Shown: piece by piece, positions 33,118-45,991 of the stretch | Layout: each line of letters opens with the position of its first letter | Position numbering within the stretch: position 1 is the first letter of the stretch | Assembly: GCF_025526975.1 (NCBI RefSeq) | Contig: NW_026515671.1 | Coordinates: 496,001-560,000, forward strand | From: Fimicolochytrium jonesii | Lineage: Eukaryota | DNA length: 64,000 bases | Direction: 5' to 3' | The notes under the pieces: model-generated | Told to the model about the DNA's origin: nothing | The model's input: only the letters and a program-made list of their open reading frames with translations | Databases searched by the model: none | Position numbers and translations under genes: made by a program

Positions 33118-35350
33118 TTATGCAATCACTTCAGGTACAACCCTATCTATAACAGCCAACCCCTTCCGCGTCGGTCTTAAGCCTCGAACCAACCTTCCAT
33201 CAACCTCTACCGCGGCGTCCATCTCGCTGGTCGCGTACACCCATTCCAGTAAATCGCCGCTTACCAAGTCATTCGTTGCCGCGATGTTTATGATCTGCCA
33301 GATGTAAAGTCTTAGAAATAGCGGGGCTGGGCGGGGATGGTCACAAAACACCTACCGAGTCGATGGAGTACTCAACTCCCGCATGTTGTCGGATGGTGCC
33401 AAAGCTCACGCCGTCCATTGTGCGTAGACCTAGAAGGACTAGTTCCTATGCCGCGCGAACGCAACCAATGTAGTCAGAACTCTTTGAAGATGTGAGAGCT
33501 GCCAACCTATCGACATACTTCCAACGTCTGTCGAAGCGTCATTGGGACTACCCGTCGCATTCTGCAAGTCCCGGATACTCAGCATGGATGTGGGGAAAAT
33601 ACGCGTAAGTCAGGTTGCAACCCGTACCCCTGCCCGGTGGTCTCGCATTCCGTCATCCATGAGTTTGGATCCAGGGTCTGTCGCCAAGCGGGGAACACAT
33701 AAGCTCCAAGTGTCACGCACGGCTAACGACAAGCAGTCTCGAAACGCACTCGAAAAGTCCGAAACCGCGTGCCATCTGCTCCATACACCCTCCCATGAGC
33801 GCCTGGCCCGATGCCTATATAGTCATATCCTCTCCAATACGACTGATTATGCTGGCTGCGATTCGTCTCGAGTCCGTGCCACGCGAAGGAGGATACTTCG
33901 TACTGATGGTAGCCGTTTTCGGATGCCATCTGCAAGGTGGTCGGCATTAGATTTCCGGGAGTCTACTGGCCGATAGCAGGTGATTCCCAACGAACCTCGA
34001 CCGTCTTTTCATACATATCCGCCGCCAGATCATCGTCGGGGACAACGACGGCCCCTTTTGCGACATCTTTGAACAGTGGCGTTCCTCGTTCGACCGTTAA
34101 CTGGTACAAGCTGTAATGGGTCGCGCCGAAAGACAGTGCTCGCTGAACAAGAAAGACGTTCAGGCTTCTCCGGTTCAAAACTGATCTGATGAAAGCCTCA
34201 AAGCACACCTTGAGCTCGCTCTCCCACGCCGCGAGCGTTTGACCAGGCCGGCCCCAGATGAAATCTAAAGAAATGCGATGGAAGATCCCTTGCGCTTTCT
34301 CGACCGCTGTATGTGCCTCGGCAGCGCTGTGATCGCGGCCGAAGAAGCGCAGGTCTTTATCACCGAGCGCCTAGACGGACCAGCACAGGTGCTTGAGAGA
34401 ACTTCCGCGACCACCAAGTTTTTTCCGTCGAGAAGATCACTACCTGCAGGCCTAATGACAACCGGTTGGCTCCCGCGGCTTTGAAGTCCTTTAGGAGCTC
34501 AACTTCGACCGACTAGCTGCCCAGCGAACTTGTCAGATACGACAATCGTCCGTACATCAGTGAAAGTTAATAGAGCGTACGGTAGGGTTTCCTTCCAGAG
34601 TGACTTCCATATCGTTCGGCACGTCGCAGACAGATCGCAGATACTCCAGGACTTTGGATATCATCAGTGGCTGCCGTCCACGAGAGATAGTCTTCAGCAC
34701 GCATCTCAGTAATCATCAGCCTCGCGTTGCAGACATACCCTCGCCAAACTGGGCGTCCCACCCCCGAAATACACCGAGTTCAGCTTCCGCCTCCGCGGCC
34801 GCTTTACGAATGCAGGCCCGCCGGCATCCTCGTTTGGATCGTACGTCAACGCGTGTCTGAGCTCGGTGAGAAGCGCACGTTCCATTCTGTCGTGGTCCTG
34901 CCCTCTACGAGAGGTTGACGACGAATTTCTCAGCCTTCCGTCCTCCGCCGTGGACTTCCCCACTGCGGTGCCGGACCTACCCTGCAGGAATATGATATTT
35001 GTTGAATGCGCAATAGGTGCACTTACTGCCGTAAGACAAAGACCATGAGCACAACGATAGCAGGCAGGCTGGTATATCACGTCCTAGCGGCGGACGGGTC
35101 CTTGAAGATACCTTTGACAATAGGGCCAGTGAACGTAGACCGACACGGGGGCATCGAGCCGAATTTCGTGGGCAATGGGACGGACCGCGCTTGCGAAGGG
35201 CCGCGTCAAGGACCTTCTCGTACTCCTGGCGGTAGCCCGGCATACATGCAGCCGAGGGATGCCCATTCTATACGAGGTGCAAAGTCGTGGAAGGTGGGAA
35301 GATGGCCAAGTTTCGTTTGTGGATCGAAGTAAAAGCCACGTTTGGGTCAT
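33118..35350 (-). CDS. Radical SAM heme chaperone HemW/RSAD1-like (multi-exon)
   Basis: [19 protein letters not shown] (CxxxCxxC), [52 protein letters not shown]. Confidence 0.9.
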
Positions 35351-35542
35351 GGCGTAAGCAACGGCGCGTGAGTTTCGCGTGTGAATTGCTCCTTCGAGTT
35401 AAGGGCCTATGTCCAAAAACATAGGACAGCAATCTTGGCACTCTCGAGCGGCGGGACGAACGAGTATATGAGTACTGTAGCGCAGAGCGCCATGTTCTGC
35501 CTTCGTCTCACATAAACTATCTTCTGAAGCAGAGCCTCCATC

Positions 35543-37185
35543 ATGGGCGGAATACTTAGCTGCTGTTTAGCGGATGCATGTGAGTTTCCGCCGCTCTTTC
35601 AAGAACCATCATGACGGCTATGTAGAGAGCTTAAACCGTTAACGGACGAGAACTGACTTACAATCGAATGTTATTCAGTATGTTGCGCAGGCGCCGGGGC
35701 AATTCGATGCTTATGTTGTGTTATCCCATGCAAGACATCAACCACGACACGGTTGATGTATACACTGAACTTCGTCATTGCAGCGATACTAGCATGGGCT
35801 CTGAGGTGAGCAGGAGACTCGGTTGCACAGAGATCGGGAGTCAGACAGCCATGCTGACAGATCTCTCTTCCGCAAAGTCATTGGGGTGCTGAGATAGCGG
35901 ATCCAGCAGGGGCATTGACACAGGAATGTGACGGGGCATGTTTCGAGTTTCTGGCGGTGTATCGGGTGTCGCTATCCATGGTCATCTACCATGGTGCACT
36001 ATGCTTGTTGACGATCGGTGTATCGAGCTCCAGGGATGTGCGTGGAGTTATACATAATGGGTATGTACCAAAACGGCGAATCGCCAGTCATTCGTGTACC
36101 TCGGGACGTGATGTGGCCGGCCGACCGTCATTTCTGATTTGTCGTAATGTACTTATTTCTCCTCTTCTTGGAGTGGTGTAGAGGCTGGCCTATCAAGTTC
36201 CTGATATGGCTTGCAATCCTGGTGGCCATGTTTTTCATCCCGGCGGAGAAGCTCGCGAAATACTGGATCGCTGCGATTGTGTTTAGTGCGCTTTTCATTC
36301 TGCTGCAGTCGTACATCCTGGTATGTATCTACGGAACAGTGTCATCTCGCTGGCTTTCAAGTCATCCTAATGCTTTCAATGGTAAAGGTGGACTTTGGCT
36401 GGAGCTGGTCAGAAACCTGGGTCTCAAAATGGGAAAGCACCGGGAACAACTTCTACAAGTTCCTCCTCATCTTCTTCTCGGCCGCCAAATACAGCGCCGT
36501 CATCGCCGTCACTGTCCTCCTCTATATTTTCTTCACCACGAAGCCAGGATGCGGACTCAACATTTTTTACATCACTCTCAATCTCTTTCTCTGCATCCTC
36601 ATCACGGCATTATCCATATCACCGAGGGTGCAGCGAGCCAACCCGCGCGCTGGCCTCTTCCAAGCCGCCGTATTGTCGGTGTACTGCACGTATGTGATGG
36701 CCAGCGCCGTAGGCTCAGAGCCGAACGACCAGAACTTCTCATGTAGCCCGAAAGATCCCAACGACACTGAAGAAGATGCCCTCCGCAAGGCCACCGTGTA
36801 CGTCGGGATCGCGATCACATTTCTCGCATTAGGCTATTCGGCCCTTAGCGCCGGGTCCGTGGTACTCTGGTCCCGCCTGAACGCCGAATCGCCGAGCATC
36901 AGCGGCTCGGGGGATCCCGACGACGAGTCGGACGGAATCACATACTCATACGCCTTCTTCCATTTCGTGTTTGTATTGGCAAACATGTATATGGCGTCGG
37001 TGATGACCAACTGGAGCAAACTAAGTCAAAACACGACGAGCACGGGGACGTCGGATGATTTTTCGGTGAATACAGGATTTGTTAGTGTTTGGGTTAAGGT
37101 CGCGACGGGATGGGCATGCTTTCTGTTGTATGGGTGGACGCTGGTTGCGCCGTTGATATTTCCGGATAGAGACTTTGGGGTGTAA
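35543..37185 (+). CDS. Serine incorporator (SERINC/TMS1) family membrane protein (multi-exon)
   Basis: MGGILSCC start; SSRDVRGVIHNG; GLFQAAVLSVYCTY; YSYAFFHFVFVLANMYMASVMTNW; VWVKV...LYGWTLVAPLIFPDRDF. Confidence 0.92.
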
Positions 37186-37390
37186 TATGATACGTTTGCT
37201 CCTGAACGGTGATGTTTCCACAGCGCGGAGAGAGCATGAGGACTCATCTACGGATTCTCATTTGATGGCATTGGCACAAAAGATAAAAGGACTATATACA
37301 AGTGAGACGCGAGTTTCTAGCTGCCAAACGCTAGATCTACGCATACGAGGGTAGCGCCAGCGTCTCAAAGACGCGAATGACGACGACACC

Positions 37391-40300
37391 TCATCCTTCA
37401 AACCTATCCAAATCCAAGGTCAAAACCTTACTACTCCCCGCCTGCTGATCCTTATAGATGCCCACCAGCGCGCTCGCCTTCTCATAGAACGTGCTCTTGA
37501 GCGAAATCACAATAAACTGGAACGTGTCCGACGCATGGTGCCGGATGTAAGCGGCGACTTTCGCGACGTTGGTGTTGTCGAGGGCTGCGTCGACTTCGTC
37601 AAGGACGAAGAAGGGGGCGGGCTGGAAGGAGTGGATGGCGAAGAGGAGGGCTAGAGCGGCGACGGTCTTTTCGCCGCCGGAGAGAAGCTCCATGTCTCGG
37701 AAACGTTTCATCGGTGGCATAGCGTGGTACTTGATGCCTTCGTTATATGGTTCCTGTGGGATTATGGTTAGATGACGCACAACGCTGGTAAGGAAGGCGC
37801 AATCGGATTGAGTCAACCCAGATCCTTACCTCAGTGTCCTCCAAACTCAAATATGCCGTTCCACCCAGTGGGAAGGTTTTCGATCGCGTAAGCTCTTTAT
37901 ATATTGGGTCAATCTGCTCCGCAATGTGGGTATACGCCGCATTGAACCTGTCATATCTACGAGTAATCCCAATAGTGTCGGCTCCACCTGGTTAACTCAT
38001 CACCAAAGAACCATTCACAAACGCCAGCTCATACCTCTCCTGCTTGATCTTGACAAACGCATCCTTAGCAGCCTTAGCTTCCTTCCGCGCATTGTCGAAC
38101 TCAATCGCCGTATCTTTCAATTTCCCCTCAACCTCGTCAAGTTTATCGATCGCGCGCATGTTGGGAGCTAGTTTCTCGATTTCGTTGGTCAGGTTCCGTA
38201 TTAGGTCTTGGAAATCGGTGTCCATCTCGTCAGAGCCATCCTGGTTGCAGAAAGCGGGGGATGAGGAGAGCGATGATGACGGCGTCAGGTGAAACCTGAC
38301 ATACCTCTTTGTATGCCGCTTTCAGACTGGAGAAATCCACTTTGATTCCTTCGACCCGGGCCCGCGAGTTTTGAGTACCCATGTCCTGGTCTGTTTCCAT
38401 GTCATCCTCGTCTCTCTCCGCTCCCTATAAGACCCAAGCAACAAATCAGTGGAAAGTTGGCGACAACAGAGAAATGTGAGAAACATACCTCCGTATGGTC
38501 TAGTGACAAGTCGGCGAGCGAGCCTTCCAGTAGCGGTAAGTCGATCTCCTCCAATTTACATCTTCGGTAGATCGAAAACTTGTCTGCATGCAGTTTCTCG
38601 ATCTCCAGGTCCTTTCTCAACGGGTCAGCGTACAATCACACCTTCCAATCACACACACACCTCCATCGTTCCCGCTTCATACCTTAGCAACAATAACTTT
38701 CGACCTCGCCTCAGTCTCCTTATTGAGTTTCTGAATTTCTTTCTTGGCAGCCTGCACGGCAGCAAGTCGCAGCTCAACCTCGCCTTTCGCTGCGTCCAAT
38801 CGCTCGTTCAGACCAACGAGTTCCTCCTTGATGAGCTCCGCAGCGACTTCCAGCGCGTTCTTCTCCTCTTCGCACTCTGCGAGTGACTTTTCGTCGGCGG
38901 CGATGGTGGCCTCCAGTTTCTCGATACGTTCTTGGGTTGAGCGCAGTTTGCTTCGTTCGAAGTCCAGCCTGCAAGGTAACCAGATGTTATGCGACCAGCT
39001 CTCATCAAATCAGCCAGTGCAGTCGCACAACACGTACTGGTTATCCAACTTGGCCTTCGCAGTCTCAAACTGCATCCTCCTATCCTCAGTCTCCCGCGAG
39101 AGTTGCAGCTGCCCTTCCTCATACTCCCGAATATTCTGCACGCCGATCGACTCGCAAAAGTCGGCAAAGACCTCATTCTCTACCTCCCGAATCAACGCAT
39201 CCTTCTCTTCGATTTCCTCATCGATAGACTCGATCTTGCTCTCAGTCCTTGCCAGCTCGGGCGCAGATTGCCGCATCTCGTCATTGAGGTGCCTAATCTC
39301 CTCTTCGAGAGAGGCGATTTTGCGAACGGTCATCGCGAGATCGTCCTGCACGCTCCTTAACCTGGATTCCATATCGGCTACGGCGCTGCGCAGAACATCA
39401 TCGTGGGCGTTCCTGCGCTTCTCCTTTGTCAGCTCTTGCATTTGTTGCATGAGAACGGCGTGGTTCTTCTTCAAATCTAGATGACGGGCAGATCAGGGAA
39501 CATGCAACTCATTGATCAACCGCCCAGTAACGGGACCGCCTCCTAATAGAAACTCACTGTCGACATCCCTCTCGTCCCACCTCTGAGCATTCCGACTATC
39601 CTGTCCACTGTTTCCACCCGTAATCATACCCGTTTTGTGTATAACGGTCCCATCCAACGAGACAGCCTTAGCCTGCACTTTCTGTTTGTAACAGATGTCA
39701 CGCGCAATATCCATGGTATCACAAACGAGAGTGTTCCCACAAGCATAGCTCATGGCGCGCGCATATGCATCATCGAACTGAATGACGTCAAGAGCGAGAT
39801 GGGCGCCCTTAAGGTTGCGGAGTAGCTCGTTGGGGGCCTTATACGAAATGGTGCTCAGAGGGAGAAAGGTCGCCATTCCCAACCGTTGCTCGCGGAGATA
39901 TTTGATGCACTCGATAGCGATCTCCTGCGTGTCCACGACGATCGCGTCCATGTTGCGGCCGAGGATGATGGAGATGGCCAATTGATACTTCCGTTGAGTT
40001 GGTTTGCAGAGATCCATCACGCGGCCATGTACGCCTTGGAAAACCCGCTTGAGCTCCACCAGCATCTCCCTGCGCCTCGTTTCTTTCTCGCTCTCGTGGC
40101 GGTCTACGCGAGCTTGCTGTAGCTGCTGTTGCGTTGCCACGAGGTTCTCATTGAGCTCGGTCTCTTTCAGGATCAGTTTACGCTTCTCAGACTCCGCTGC
40201 GGTGATTTTCTTCCGCGCTTCCTTCAGCTCCTGGTCGAGCTGTCCGACCTGTTCCTCGAGCCTCACTTTCCGCTCATTCATCGCGTTCTGCTCCTCTTCC

Positions 40301-41973
40301 AAGGTCTCCTTCCTGGTCTGGAAAGCGGTGTGGCTTTCCGTAAGACGAAGCTGCGTCTCTTCCTCCGTCTTTCGTTGGCGCTGCAGGTTCAACAGCTCTT
40401 GCTTCTCCGCGAACGTCCGCTTCGTGACTTCGCCTTTCTTTGATTGGTACTCAGCGAGGGCCGCATCGTCCAGCTGCTGATTACCCCGCTCTGCCTGCCT
40501 TGCCTGCAGGCCTTCCTCGAACTTGCGCAAGGCATCGCGCAGTTTTCGCTGATCCTTTTCGAGGTCTTTAATGGAGGCTTCCTCCTTTTCCAATTCCGTC
40601 GACGCTTTCTTCGCATTGTCCTGAGCAATCTTCAGTTTGCGCTTCCCATGCACAATCTTCTGCTCCATTCGCAAAAGCTCCGGCTTCTGTTCGTCCAGTC
40701 TCTTTTGCTTATCTGCTATCTTCTTTTCTGCCCTCAGAAGCTCTTTGTTCGCTTTGGCTTGTTGCCTTTTGGCTTCCTTCAGTTTGTTCTCGAGGTTGGT
40801 CATCTCCTCCTCGTGCTCCTCAGATGACTGTTTTGCATGTTCGATCGCTTCTTGCAAACTCGTGACTTTCTCCTCTATGTGGTATAGCTTCCAGATCAAG
40901 TAGTTCTGGATCTGCTTTGCCTGTTCATGTTTGAAGCGCCGTTAGCCGTCGCAGTCTCTGATGTCACGTTCTGGTTACTGACATACTTTCTGCTTTTGCA
41001 ACTTGTCAAAGCGCTGAGCTTCCTCTTTCTGCTCTTTGAACTGCTTCATCTCAGCGTTTATACCTCGCTTCTTGTTGAATGTATGTGCAGAATTCTCAGT
41101 CGCTTGTTCCTGCAGCTCTTTGAGTCGCTCATATTCTGGCTTCAAGTCGAGTGACCTAGGTTTGCGGAACGATCAGCTTCGGTCGGGAGGTCAGAGAAAA
41201 TTGTCCAGGCTGCCTTACCCGCTGATCTGCTCGACTAGACGAGTGAGATCTTTCGACGACTGCGAAGCGACGGCTTCAACATCTCCCTGTAGAAGCCCTT
41301 AGCATAAACGCGAGAGACGAGCTGGCATCGGATGGCTGATCCTAACCTGAAAGACCAGAAAGTTCTTCGCTTTGATCAAAATATTCTCATCCTCTAGTGT
41401 CGCACTGTACTTGGCAAAAGTAACAGTCTTGCCATCTATCTTGTATTCGCTGACTCCAGCTCTAGTAATGCTGTAGAGCACAGTGGTTAGAGACCGACTT
41501 TGCCGCGTGAATCAACATAGATGCGTGGGTGACTTACGTGCGGGTGAATCGAACCCTGACCTTTTCGGCCGTCTCATAAACGGCAGTCACGTAGGCACGA
41601 GTAGGCTGAGCAACGGTCTCATCGCCCTCTTCGTTCTCGTCGGCACCGTCCGCGTCGCCGTCCGACCGAGCCTTTCCTCGGCCACCTTTATATATCAGCT
41701 CTTTGAGTTGAGACGAACGAAGCTGTGCGGATTTCACTCCCAGCACGAAGCTGATAGCGTCCATAAGGTTCGACTTGCCTGCGGGTGAAGGGCGGACAGG
41801 TTAACGCGGTCAGCACACGACCGACAGCGATAGCAACGAATACCCTTAGCAGAACGAAACATACCAGAGCCATTGGGACCGATGACTGAGGTAAAGTTGT
41901 AGAAAGGCCCGATAGTCTGCCGTCCTTGGTAAGACTTGAAGTTTTCCAGCTCCAGTTCCACGAGCCTACCCAT
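37391..41973 (-). CDS. SMC1: Cohesin subunit SMC1 (multi-exon)
   Basis: [22 protein letters not shown] Walker [11 protein letters not shown], hinge [10 protein letters not shown]...[41 protein letters not shown]. Confidence 0.96.
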
Positions 41974-42282
41974 GGTTTCGGCGAAAACGTCTCGTGATGC
42001 CGCTTCTGGCCAAACGTCTATAAGCCTGAGTGCCGTGCTTTGGAGTCGCTCCGATACTGTCCGATATATGCTCTTCCTGAACAGCCCTGCCTTCTGTATG
42101 ATACTGCCGTCCCAGCTTAGCCCACGGAGAGGTGGAAAGTGCTGAGCGCCGAGTGAGCAGTTTGGGGGTGTGTGATGGGAGGTTTCGGACTGGTGGCTGT
42201 GCAATTCCATGAAGTGATTCCTGGGAATGTCCGACCGCTTCGCACTCACTGGAGAACAGGGCAGACTTTCGATGATTTCGAC

Positions 42283-42514
42283 GAGAGCCGATATTCGCAC
42301 TCACTGATCAAGCTTCTATTCGCACTCATACTCTAATTGTTAAGTGCCCCACTTAGGGTTAGGGTTGGGACTAGGGTTAGTAACACCCAGCACTAACCGG
42401 CCGAAGGCCGTCCCCGAGCCGGAGCGTGTTGTTATGGTAGGTTAGTAAGCCACCAAGTTTATGTCGCTTATTGTAATGTTAAGTGGCTGAGAGTAAGTGC
42501 GAATATCGGCTCTG
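42283..42514. mobile_element. 232-bp non-autonomous TIR element (Mutator/MULE-type MITE) containing TTAGGG repeats
   Basis: TIRs 42284-42305 AGAGCCGATATTCGCACTCACT and 42492-42513 AGTAAGTGCGAATATCGGCTCT (21/22 match). Flanking 10-bp direct repeats TGATTTCGAC (42273-42282) and TGATTTTGAC (42515-42524). Confidence 0.75.
42353..42380 (+). repeat. Interstitial telomere-like repeat TTAGGG TTAGGG TTGGGA CTAGGG TTAG
   Basis: Read directly from the sequence. Confidence 0.85.
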
Positions 42515-42667
42515 TGATTTTGACTTGCCCTTCCGCAGCCGTGTTCTCCAGCAACTGTTGTTTGGACTGCGCCACAATTGCAGTCGCGTCCCCCTGTGAA
42601 CGACTTGACCTTCGAGGCAAAGTGCGAGTTCCCTTTCTTCTCAATACCGCAGCGGCATATTCACAAC

Positions 42668-44401
42668 ATGGTGAGTATAGGAGGACAACGACAGCAGCGA
42701 CAGGCACCATTCGACATCCAGCCGGCAGCATGCACGGCGAGCATGGATGAAAGCCGGCGGAGAGCAACGTAGCTTAGCAGTGCGCAGATGGATGGATGGA
42801 TGAAAAAGGGATGGATGGACCGGCAAGTGGGGAATTCCGAAATGGGGGCCGACATGGCGAATGCCGAAGAGGTTCGACCACTTCTCCTTCCGTGGGGTGA
42901 GATTTGGCGCGGCGGTGGAAAACGTTTCTCCATTCCCGCCCTATGGAGGGGAGCTGGTCGTGGACTCTAGGCCATCGTCTATGTCGAAGCATAAGCGGCA
43001 ACCACATTCTTTGTGCGCCCGCGAAAGTGCTGACGCATATACGAGTCTTAGAGTCTCACCGGCCTTTTGTTCCGTTCTGTGTGTTGTAGAGTCACCGCAA
43101 GTTCGAGCACCCTCGTACGGGTTCCCTTGGTTTCCTGCCGCGCAAGCGTGCTGCCCGTCACCGTGGAAAGGTAAAGTCCTTCCCCAGGGATGACCCCAAG
43201 AAGCCCGTCCACCTTACGGCCTTCCTGGGCTACAAGGCTGGTATGAGCCACATTGTCCGTGACTTGGACCGTCCTGGATCCAGTAAGTTTTGACTGCGAT
43301 ACTTGTTGGAGGTGCCTGGGACACTTGGCCAATTCTAAATTTCTTTCCCTACGTAAACAGAGATGCACAAGAAGGAGGTCGTTGAGGCCGTTACCGTCAT
43401 CGAGACTCCCCCCATGGTCATCGTTGGTGTTGTCGGTTACGTCGAGACTCCCCGTGGTCTCCGCTCGTTGACGACCGTCTGGGCCGAGCACTTGTCCGAC
43501 GAGATCAAGCGTCGCTTCTACAAGAACTGGTACCGCTCCAAGAAGAAGGCTTTCACCAAGTACGCCAAGAAGTACACCGAAGGCGCCAAGCCCATCGGAC
43601 AGCAGTTCGAGCGCATCAAGAAGTACTGCCAGGTCGTCCGTGTCCTTGCCCACACCCAGGTCCGCAAGGTGAAGATCGGCCAGAAGAAGGCTCACATCAT
43701 GGAGATTCAGCTCAACGGTGGATCGGTTGCCGACAAAGTCGACTGGGCCAAGGAGCACTTCGAGAAGCAGATCGACATCAACACCGTCTTCGAGCAGGAC
43801 GAGATGATCGACATCATCGGTGTCACTAAGGGTCACGGTTTCGAGGGTGTCACCGCTCGTTGGGGTACCAAGAAGCTTCCCCGTAAGACCCACAAAGGTC
43901 TTCGTAAGGTCGCTTGTATTGGAGCATGGCACCCTTCCCGTGTCATGTACTCTGTTCCTCGCGCCGGTCAGGACGGTTACCACCACCGTACCGAGATGAA
44001 CAAGAAGATCTACCGCGTCGGAAAGGCTGGCGACAAGAACGCCGGTGCCACTGAGTTCGACCTTACCGCCAAGGAGATCACCCCTCTCGGTGGCTTCCCC
44101 CACTACGGTGTCGTCCACGAGGACTGGATCATGGTCAAGGGATCCGCCCCCGGTGTCAAGAAGCGTGTCCTCACCCTTCGCAAGTCCCTCCTCGTTCACA
44201 CCCGCCGCTCCGCTCTCGAGAAGGTGCAGCTCAAGTTCATCGACACCTCGTCTAAATTTGGACATGGTAACAATGACTATTTTGAACTGCTTCTCTTCAC
44301 TATCTTGATACTTACATACAATCATATTTACAGGTCGTTTCCAAACTGCGAGCGAGAAGGCTGCTTTCTACGGTACTCGCAAGAAGGATGTCCAGGCTTA
44401 A
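42668..44401 (+). CDS. RPL3: 60S ribosomal protein L3 (uL3); introns 42671-43089, about 43283-43341 and about 44267-44333
   Basis: ATG|intron|[56 protein letters not shown]; strong codon bias. Confidence 0.97.
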
Positions 44402-45991
44402 GCTCTGTCTTGTTGGCTGGGTTTTGCGAGCTGTTAAATCTGTATTCTGTGTCGAGTCTTTACACGCAAATACAATCACATTCTAGCTTGCTGTAAATAT
44501 ACCGCATATCATTATCAACTGCAGACTGTGTTTCGTCCTTGCCGGCCTGGTCAACGAAGGCGGATTGATGCTGATGTGGTTGGGTGCTGAGCACGTTGCG
44601 GGAACGTTCTCTGGTTCGAGGATGCTGGCAAACATAGCAACGGAGGCGAGTTCAAAGTCCCACCGCCGCCTTATACGTGCACAATAATGCGAGCTCAGCA
44701 TCAGATACAGTACATACCATCGCTGCTCAGCAGCATCTGCTGCTAAGTTCGCATTCGCACAGCGGCTGCCTCATACTGCCAAGCGAGCAATGACTCCGAT
44801 TGATTGCCCCATGTCGATTCCGAGACACCGTGAAGAGAATGTGGCCTACTTGATGCCGGGCGCCCGGGTAACTTGAAGCAGGAGGCCAAAGCGGAAATGG
44901 GACGACGGTGGCAGGCAACTATCAACGAGAGGCTGGATGATGCACTTCCAGGTTACCCTCAGTTTCCTGGCTTCTGTTCTTTGCCCGAGAATCGCCTAAC
45001 CTGGAAGCATCAGGTCCTCCAGTACGCTTCTCGCAAGCGACATTGATTCCCTGCCGCCCATTGTAGCCCATAAGGACTGCGTGCAGACTAGTCATCCCAT
45101 CCGCCTTTCTTTGCAGAGGCACCTCGTCTCCCAAACTCAGAATTTGGACTGAAGCATCTAATCTTGCAGAAGGCACAGTGGCCTGAAATCGTTGATCGAG
45201 ACGGGGGAGACTGCGGATTTGCGCCATACAAGTCAGCTAGGGGTCCTCCGGGTCAGTCATAGCTGTCTCGCACACTCTCGCGTAGTATGCGGATGTCGCT
45301 CGGCTACAACGTATGGCAGGGCCTTGAGGACTGATGCTCGAGCATCAAGCGCTATCCATGCGGTGGTGATGATGGCGAAATCTATCGTGAAAGTAAATGC
45401 CTCGGACCATTACACCATGCGACCTCTCCACAAAGATAACTTGCCGATCGAATCCAAAGAGCGGTCCCCTACTTCAGTGATGCTTTCCCGGCCAACGTTA
45501 CGGTGATGCATTGAACGGGTGGTGCTCCACTGCGACAACGAGAAGGACTGTTTGCGCCGTCGTTGGTTCGAATCAAACCCATTGGTATACGGCCGTCGCT
45601 CCCACATTCCTCTCAGAAGCGGGGAAGCCGTCAAAAACTGTCAATGTGAGCCAGAACGACAGCAGTTTCAGAAACCTGTGGAGAGCCCGGTCCCCTACCT
45701 GGCAGCGGGCTAATCTGCGGGTGTAAAGCCCATACCAGAGAGCTACATACCGGCAGGCCACATTCACTGTTTGAGTAGCCTTGCCTGAGTGCTGCACGTA
45801 ATCACGCCCTGTTGAACGAACAACGAAAAAGAAACCCTCCCGCCGATCATCAAAGGGCCGTTGACCTAGTACGAACGGACCTGATCAGACGGTTTCTCTT
45901 CTGGTACTTAGGCACTTGTTTCAGTCGGTGGATCGGCAAATCAGTGGAGTCTCATTGCTGAAGGTGGCAATCGCAACCAGGTCTCGACAGA

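Noticed and set aside
42353..42380. Chromosome end or telomerase RNA template
   Set aside because: Only about 4 degenerate units, internal to a TIR-bounded element between two genes; no other supporting structure identified.
43048..44325. 425-aa antisense ORF over RPL3 (similarly 15291-16319 over the Egh16-like gene)
   Set aside because: Shadow ORFs caused by strong codon bias of highly expressed sense genes.
44500..45900. Short ORFs between RPL3 and the DUF3626 gene
   Set aside because: All are under about 105 aa, with no motifs or consistent splice pattern.
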